This document shows, in pieces, positions 26,998-31,078 of a stretch of 31,078 nt of DNA. The notes under the pieces were generated by a model. That model did not search any database, was not told the DNA's origin, and saw nothing but the letters and a program-made list of their open reading frames with translations. This DNA comes from an uncultured bacterium (GTDB taxonomy: Bacteria > SAR324 > NAC60-12): contig CBFIGY010000033.1 in NCBI GenBank assembly GCA_965662235.1, positions 1-31,078 of the forward strand, in the 5' to 3' direction. A program made the position numbers and the translations under genes. Within the stretch, counting starts at the first letter, position 1. Each line of letters opens with the position of its first letter.

Positions 26998-27485
26998 GAA
27001 GGTCCCTGGACAGGTTTGCCGTCAGAGTGCCCCGTCAGCATGCGCAGCACCCGCATCAGTGAAAAAAGGAACAAGGACGTCAGGAGGATGAGGACGCTGG
27101 CATGGATGAAGTCCATGCGCCACTCCAGAGCCGCAGAGTGCTGCCGGGCGCCAATGGTGGTGTACTTCCAGGCTGGGAGGATCAGCAGTCCGCAGAAGAC
27201 GCAGGTGGCTGTGGCTGAGAACAGACGGAGTCGCCAGGGCCAGGGGTCTGGGAGGCGCTCACAGAACAGATCGACGTTGACGAGGTCTCCGGACTGATAC
27301 GAAAGGCCCACCCCAAAGGCGGCCAGGAAGAGGAGTGCGTAGCGGGTGAGCTCCTCGGTCCAGACAAAGGAGTTGCCGAAGGCCCGTCCAAAGATCTGCA
27401 GAACCACGGCGCTGATCATGACGATGAACGCGAGGCTGATGGCCACCTGGAAGATCAGGCGGAACCCCTTGTAGAGGGCAGACAT
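26994..27485 (-). CDS. TRAP transporter small permease (DctQ)
   Basis: Four hydrophobic segments, WTEELTRY motif, ATGA overlap with dctM. Confidence 0.93.
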   Translation of the reverse strand: MSALYKGFRLIFQVAISLAFIVMISAVVLQIFGRAFGNSFVWTEELTRYALLFLAAFGVGLSYQSGDLVNVDLFCERLPDPWPWRLRLFSATATCVFCGLLILPAWKYTTIGARQHSAALEWRMDFIHASVLILLTSLFLFSLMRVLRMLTGHSDGKPVQGPS

Positions 27486-27505
27486 GGGGGCCTTCTCGGT
27501 GAAGG

Positions 27506-27531
27506 GGGTGACGGCCCCAAGACCGCCACCC
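27506..27531 (-). terminator. Hairpin after TRAP binding-protein gene
   Basis: Minus strand GGGTGGCGG-TCTTGGGG-CCGTCACCC; typical stabilising or attenuating stem after SBP genes. Confidence 0.5.
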
Positions 27532-27538
27532 GAGGCGA

Positions 27539-28519
27539 TTAGTTGGAGAACAGGTCGTTGACGATGCCCTTGATCTCAGGCTTGACGTTCTTCAGAACAG
27601 CATCCTTGGCCTTGGCCTGGAAGGCTGCGCCGTCAACGTCCACAAAGGTCATGCCCTTGCTTTCGAGGTACGCCCGGTCTGCCGCCAGAGAGGCTTCAAA
27701 CAGCCCACGCTCATAGGCCTGAGCCAAGGCCGCTGCCTGCATGACTGCGTCCTGATCGGCGGCAGAGAGCTTCTCCCAGGTGGACTCGGCAATGGTCAGG
27801 TAGATCCAGGAACGGACGTGCTGGGTCAGGTTGACGTTCTTCTGAACTTCGTTGAAGTTCGCGGATCGGATCAGCGCCAGAGGGTTCTCTTGTGCCTCAA
27901 TGGTGCCGTTCTGCAAAGAGGTGAACACCTCGGAGAAGGCCATGGGGCCTGGATTGGCACCCAGGGCTTTCCAGACGTCCACAAACAACGGTACGTTCGG
28001 CACCCGCATTTTCAAGCCCTGAAGATCAGCAGGGCTCTTGATGGGGCGGTTGGAGGTCAGGTTCCGAGGGCCACGGGCAAAGAACGCGATGGGGCGAATG
28101 CCGACCTTGTCGATGATCTGCTGCTTGATCTGCTGGCCGATGGCACCACTGGCCACCTCGTCCATGTGCTCAATGGACTTGTAGGCATATGGAATGGCGA
28201 GGAGGGCGGCCATGGGGGCCCAGTTCTGCAGGCTCTCCCCAGTGATCGTCATGTCGACGGTGCCCAATTGCATGCCGTTGATCAGGTCGATTTCCTTGCC
28301 CAGGGATTCGTTCGGGTACACCTCAACGGCAATGCGTCCATCGGTCAAACGGGCCAATTCATTCCCAAACTTGACAGAGGCCTTGTGCCAGGAGTTCTGC
28401 TCATTGGCCAGGTGTCCCAGCTTCAGCGTCATGTCTGCAGACAGCGCCGGCGCAGCAAAGAGGCTCAGGCCCAACGTGGCCAGAGCAAGGGTTTTGAGCT
28501 TAGGAAATTTCAGCATCAT
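27539..28519 (-). CDS. TRAP transporter substrate-binding protein (DctP)
   Basis: Signal peptide, DLQGLKMRVP (carboxylate-binding Arg), MAFSEVFTSLQNG.IEAQENP. Confidence 0.96.
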   Translation of the reverse strand: MMLKFPKLKTLALATLGLSLFAAPALSADMTLKLGHLANEQNSWHKASVKFGNELARLTDGRIAVEVYPNESLGKEIDLINGMQLGTVDMTITGESLQNWAPMAALLAIPYAYKSIEHMDEVASGAIGQQIKQQIIDKVGIRPIAFFARGPRNLTSNRPIKSPADLQGLKMRVPNVPLFVDVWKALGANPGPMAFSEVFTSLQNGTIEAQENPLALIRSANFNEVQKNVNLTQHVRSWIYLTIAESTWEKLSAADQDAVMQAAALAQAYERGLFEASLAADRAYLESKGMTFVDVDGAAFQAKAKDAVLKNVKPEIKGIVNDLFSN

Positions 28520-28642
28520 GGTTCTCCAGTTGATGTAAGGAATCAGGGTGGTACGTCGGCTTTCCCAGAGGAAAGCAGGGGGTCAGGTCGGGAAGGCCTC
28601 CTTCATTTGGTTAAAGCGGTTGTGGGTTCACCTCGGTTCAGG

Positions 28643-29326
28643 TCAGTCAATGAAGTACTCCGGCCGACCCTTGGTAATTTCAGAGAGGTCCTTGAGGATT
28701 TCACTCAGGTGCCGCTTCATGGTGCGCTGTGCCGCCGGGACGTCTCCTTGCTCAATGGCGTCAACAATGGCGGTGTGCTGCTCCACAAGCGGGCGAATCG
28801 GAAACTGAGCCGTGGCCAGGTAGCGGGCCCGGTTCATCTGAGACTTGATCCCCTCCACGACGCTCCAGGCGTATGACTGCCCTGCGGCTTCCGCAAGGGT
28901 CTGGTGAAAGAGGTCATCAAGCTCCACAAAACCCTGACCGCTCTCGGCCACCGCCTGCTGCTCGGCGAGCAGTTGACGCAGCGTTGCCACTAGGGTCCGG
29001 TCGGGAGCGGTGGCCAACCGAACAACGATTTCCGTCTCAATGGCACTCCGGACAAACTGAGCGCCCCGTACGGAAGAGATCGCGATCTTGCAGACAAACG
29101 TCCCCCGCTGCGGGCGGACCTCCACCAGCCCTTCCTCTGCCAACTTGATGAAGGCCTCACGGACCGGTTGCCGACTGACGCCATACCGTGCCGCAATCTC
29201 TGTCTCGGAGACCCGCACTCCGGGCTCTAGGTCGTTCTGAATGATGCGTTGACGCAGCAGCCGGTGAATCTGAGGACGAACCGCGCCTCCGGGTTCAATG
29301 CTTTGATCTAAAAATTGCTTCTTCAC
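28643..29326 (-). CDS. GntR family (FCD) regulator, RspR-like
   Basis: SETEIAARYGVSRQPVREAFIKLAEEGLVEVRPQRGTFV, LDDLFH, EQH. Start uncertain; GTG 29326 chosen over 29428. Confidence 0.92.
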   Translation of the reverse strand: MKKQFLDQSIEPGGAVRPQIHRLLRQRIIQNDLEPGVRVSETEIAARYGVSRQPVREAFIKLAEEGLVEVRPQRGTFVCKIAISSVRGAQFVRSAIETEIVVRLATAPDRTLVATLRQLLAEQQAVAESGQGFVELDDLFHQTLAEAAGQSYAWSVVEGIKSQMNRARYLATAQFPIRPLVEQHTAIVDAIEQGDVPAAQRTMKRHLSEILKDLSEITKGRPEYFID

Positions 29327-29513
29327 AGCCCTCAACTGAACCGCAGAGGGAGACCCATGCTCTCGGACGTCGTCTGCACCAGGAGCAGGTCCGCCTGTGG
29401 GGCCCTCCTCACTCAAGTCCGTGCACACGCCGAAGGCCCGAAAACCGCCTCACGGCTCTGCTTGAATTCCCAGGGGCTTGGCGGTGATTCCCCCGTTTCG
29501 GTGCAACGTTAAG

Positions 29514-29556
29514 CCATACTACCATACTTGTCAACCGCATTTTTCTCCGCTATGGT
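29514..29556 (+). promoter_or_regulatory. Probable uxuA promoter with overlapping operator
   Basis: TTGTCA (29528-29533), 17-nt spacer, TATGGT (29551-29556); tandem CCATACT-A-CCATACT at 29514-29528. Confidence 0.55.
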
Positions 29557-29624
29557 AGGGCTCCTGAACCCACCTTGACGGGGTTCCTGTCAAGAAAATG
29601 AGTGAGTCATCTGAAAGGAGTTTC

Positions 29625-30836
29625 ATGCGACAGACATGGCGATGGTTTGGTCCGAAGGATTCGGTGACCGTTGATGCGATGCTCCAGGCTGGAGTCGAAG
29701 GAGTGGTGTCGGCACTGCATCATGTGCCGACCGGAGAGGTGTGGACCCGCGAGGAGATCGCGCGCCGGCAACGTGAGGTCGCAACCATGGAAAACGGCGA
29801 CCCCTCAGGTCTTTGCTGGGAAGTGGTGGAGAGCCTTCCGGTTTCTGAGGACATCAAGAAGCAGCAGGGGGCGTGGCGTCAGCACATTGAGAACTACAAG
29901 GTGAGCCTGGCCCACCTAGCGGCTTCCGGGATTCAGGTGGTTTGCTACAACTTCATGCCGGTGCTGGACTGGACCCGGACGGATCTGCGGTGGCGCCTGA
30001 GAACGGGGGCCACGTGCATGCGGTTTGACTATGCCGACTTTGCGGCCTTTGACCTCTTTATCCTCAAACGGGCCAACGCCCAGGAGGATTACCCAGAGGC
30101 TCTGTTGGAGGAGGCGGCACGCCGGGTCGCAGAGATGAGTGACGAAGCGCAGCAGGCGCTGGCGAGGAACATTGTGTTTGGACTGCCGGGGGCTGCAGAG
30201 AGCTTCACGCTAGAAGACGTCCGCCACCACCTCAGTGAGTACGACGCGATTTCCGCGGATACCCTGCGTCAGTACTTTACGGACTTTCTCAGCGAGGTGG
30301 TGCCGGTTGCCGAGGAGCTGGGGATGCGGCTCTGCTGCCATCCGGACGATCCTCCCTTCGACCTGCTGGGGCTGCCCCGGATCATGTCCACTGAGGACGA
30401 CTACACGCGGATGATGCAGGCGGTGGACAGTCCTGCCAACGGCGTCGCCCTCTGCACGGGCTCCCTAGGGGCGCGTCCGGACAACGACCTTCCGGGCATG
30501 ATCACCCGGCTGGGAGATCGCATCCGCTTCCTGCACCTCCGCAACGTCAAACGCGAGACGCCTGCGGTCCGGGGATCCTTCTATGAAGCCGAGCACCTGG
30601 GGGGAGACAACGACATGGTGGCGATCATTGCCGCAGCGCTTCAAGAGGAGCAGCGGCGCAAGGCCGCCGGACGAGCGGACTGGGAGATTCCCATCCGCCC
30701 GGACCATGGGCAGGATATTTTGGATGATCTGTCTCGGGACTCGCAGCCGGGCTACCCGGCAGTGGGACGCGTCCGGGGGCTGGCCGAAATCCGTGGCATC
30801 ATGACCGCCCTTTCGCACGTCTCCCGCACCGTCTGA
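29625..30836 (+). CDS. uxuA: Mannonate dehydratase
   Basis: MRQTWRWFGPKD, VVESLPV, CYNFMPVLDWTRT, HPDDPP, HLRNV, RPDHG, PGYPAVGR; AAGGAG RBS supports ATG 29625. Confidence 0.97.
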   Translation: MRQTWRWFGPKDSVTVDAMLQAGVEGVVSALHHVPTGEVWTREEIARRQREVATMENGDPSGLCWEVVESLPVSEDIKKQQGAWRQHIENYKVSLAHLAASGIQVVCYNFMPVLDWTRTDLRWRLRTGATCMRFDYADFAAFDLFILKRANAQEDYPEALLEEAARRVAEMSDEAQQALARNIVFGLPGAAESFTLEDVRHHLSEYDAISADTLRQYFTDFLSEVVPVAEELGMRLCCHPDDPPFDLLGLPRIMSTEDDYTRMMQAVDSPANGVALCTGSLGARPDNDLPGMITRLGDRIRFLHLRNVKRETPAVRGSFYEAEHLGGDNDMVAIIAAALQEEQRRKAAGRADWEIPIRPDHGQDILDDLSRDSQPGYPAVGRVRGLAEIRGIMTALSHVSRTV

Positions 30837-31078
30837 ACCGGTGGTTTCACCCCCCGCCGACCTTCTGGGGTTGGCACCGCTTCACAGAAACAGAACCCCC
30901 TCCACCGCTCCTCCTACCCATTCCTTTGGGAAATGAAGGGGCGGTTCGCTACCTCATGAGGATGAGTCTAGTGAGAAAAGGATGATCCCGCCTAAATTCT
31001 ATCATTAGACTTAATTCACTGAGAATTTTGTTGGGAGCAAGTGGAGTTGCTGGGCAGCAAAGGAGTCACTCTCCAGAT

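Noticed and set aside
27818..28876. 352-aa plus-strand ORF, and similar ones at 18839-19681, 12469-13212 and 2848-3624
   Set aside because: Antisense shadows of well-supported genes.

Overview
GC-rich bacterial chromosomal segment, almost fully coding; I see no rRNA, tRNA, CRISPR array or transposase. Left to right: (1) end of a carbohydrate ABC operon (permease 3' end, binding protein, ATPase) with a Gfo/Idh/MocA oxidoreductase and a BadF/NagK-type sugar kinase, running into coaE and a 312-aa protein that looks like a degenerate diacylglycerol-kinase-fold protein; (2) prfB, split by its programmed +1 frameshift, then yajQ; (3) an AT-rich, repeat- and hairpin-containing spacer; (4) a urate/allantoin catabolic cluster (NCS2 transporter, OHCU decarboxylase, CitE/malate-synthase-like protein, allantoicase, GntR, puuE, divergent puuD plus a GNAT); (5) etfBA, a ProX-type tRNA-editing protein, and an atypical ParA ATPase with a non-ParB partner; (6) ALDH7-type dehydrogenase, PhyH dioxygenase, solitary Mrr nuclease, DUF3237; (7) a sugar-acid TRAP/Zn-dehydrogenase/GntR/uxuA cluster. 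Best leads: the CitE-like enzyme sitting where the ureidoglycolate/glyoxylate step is missing from the purine pathway, the deviant ParA plus partner module, the pseudo-kinase, and the structured spacer at 8055-8340. All family calls come from motif recognition by eye; no database search was run.
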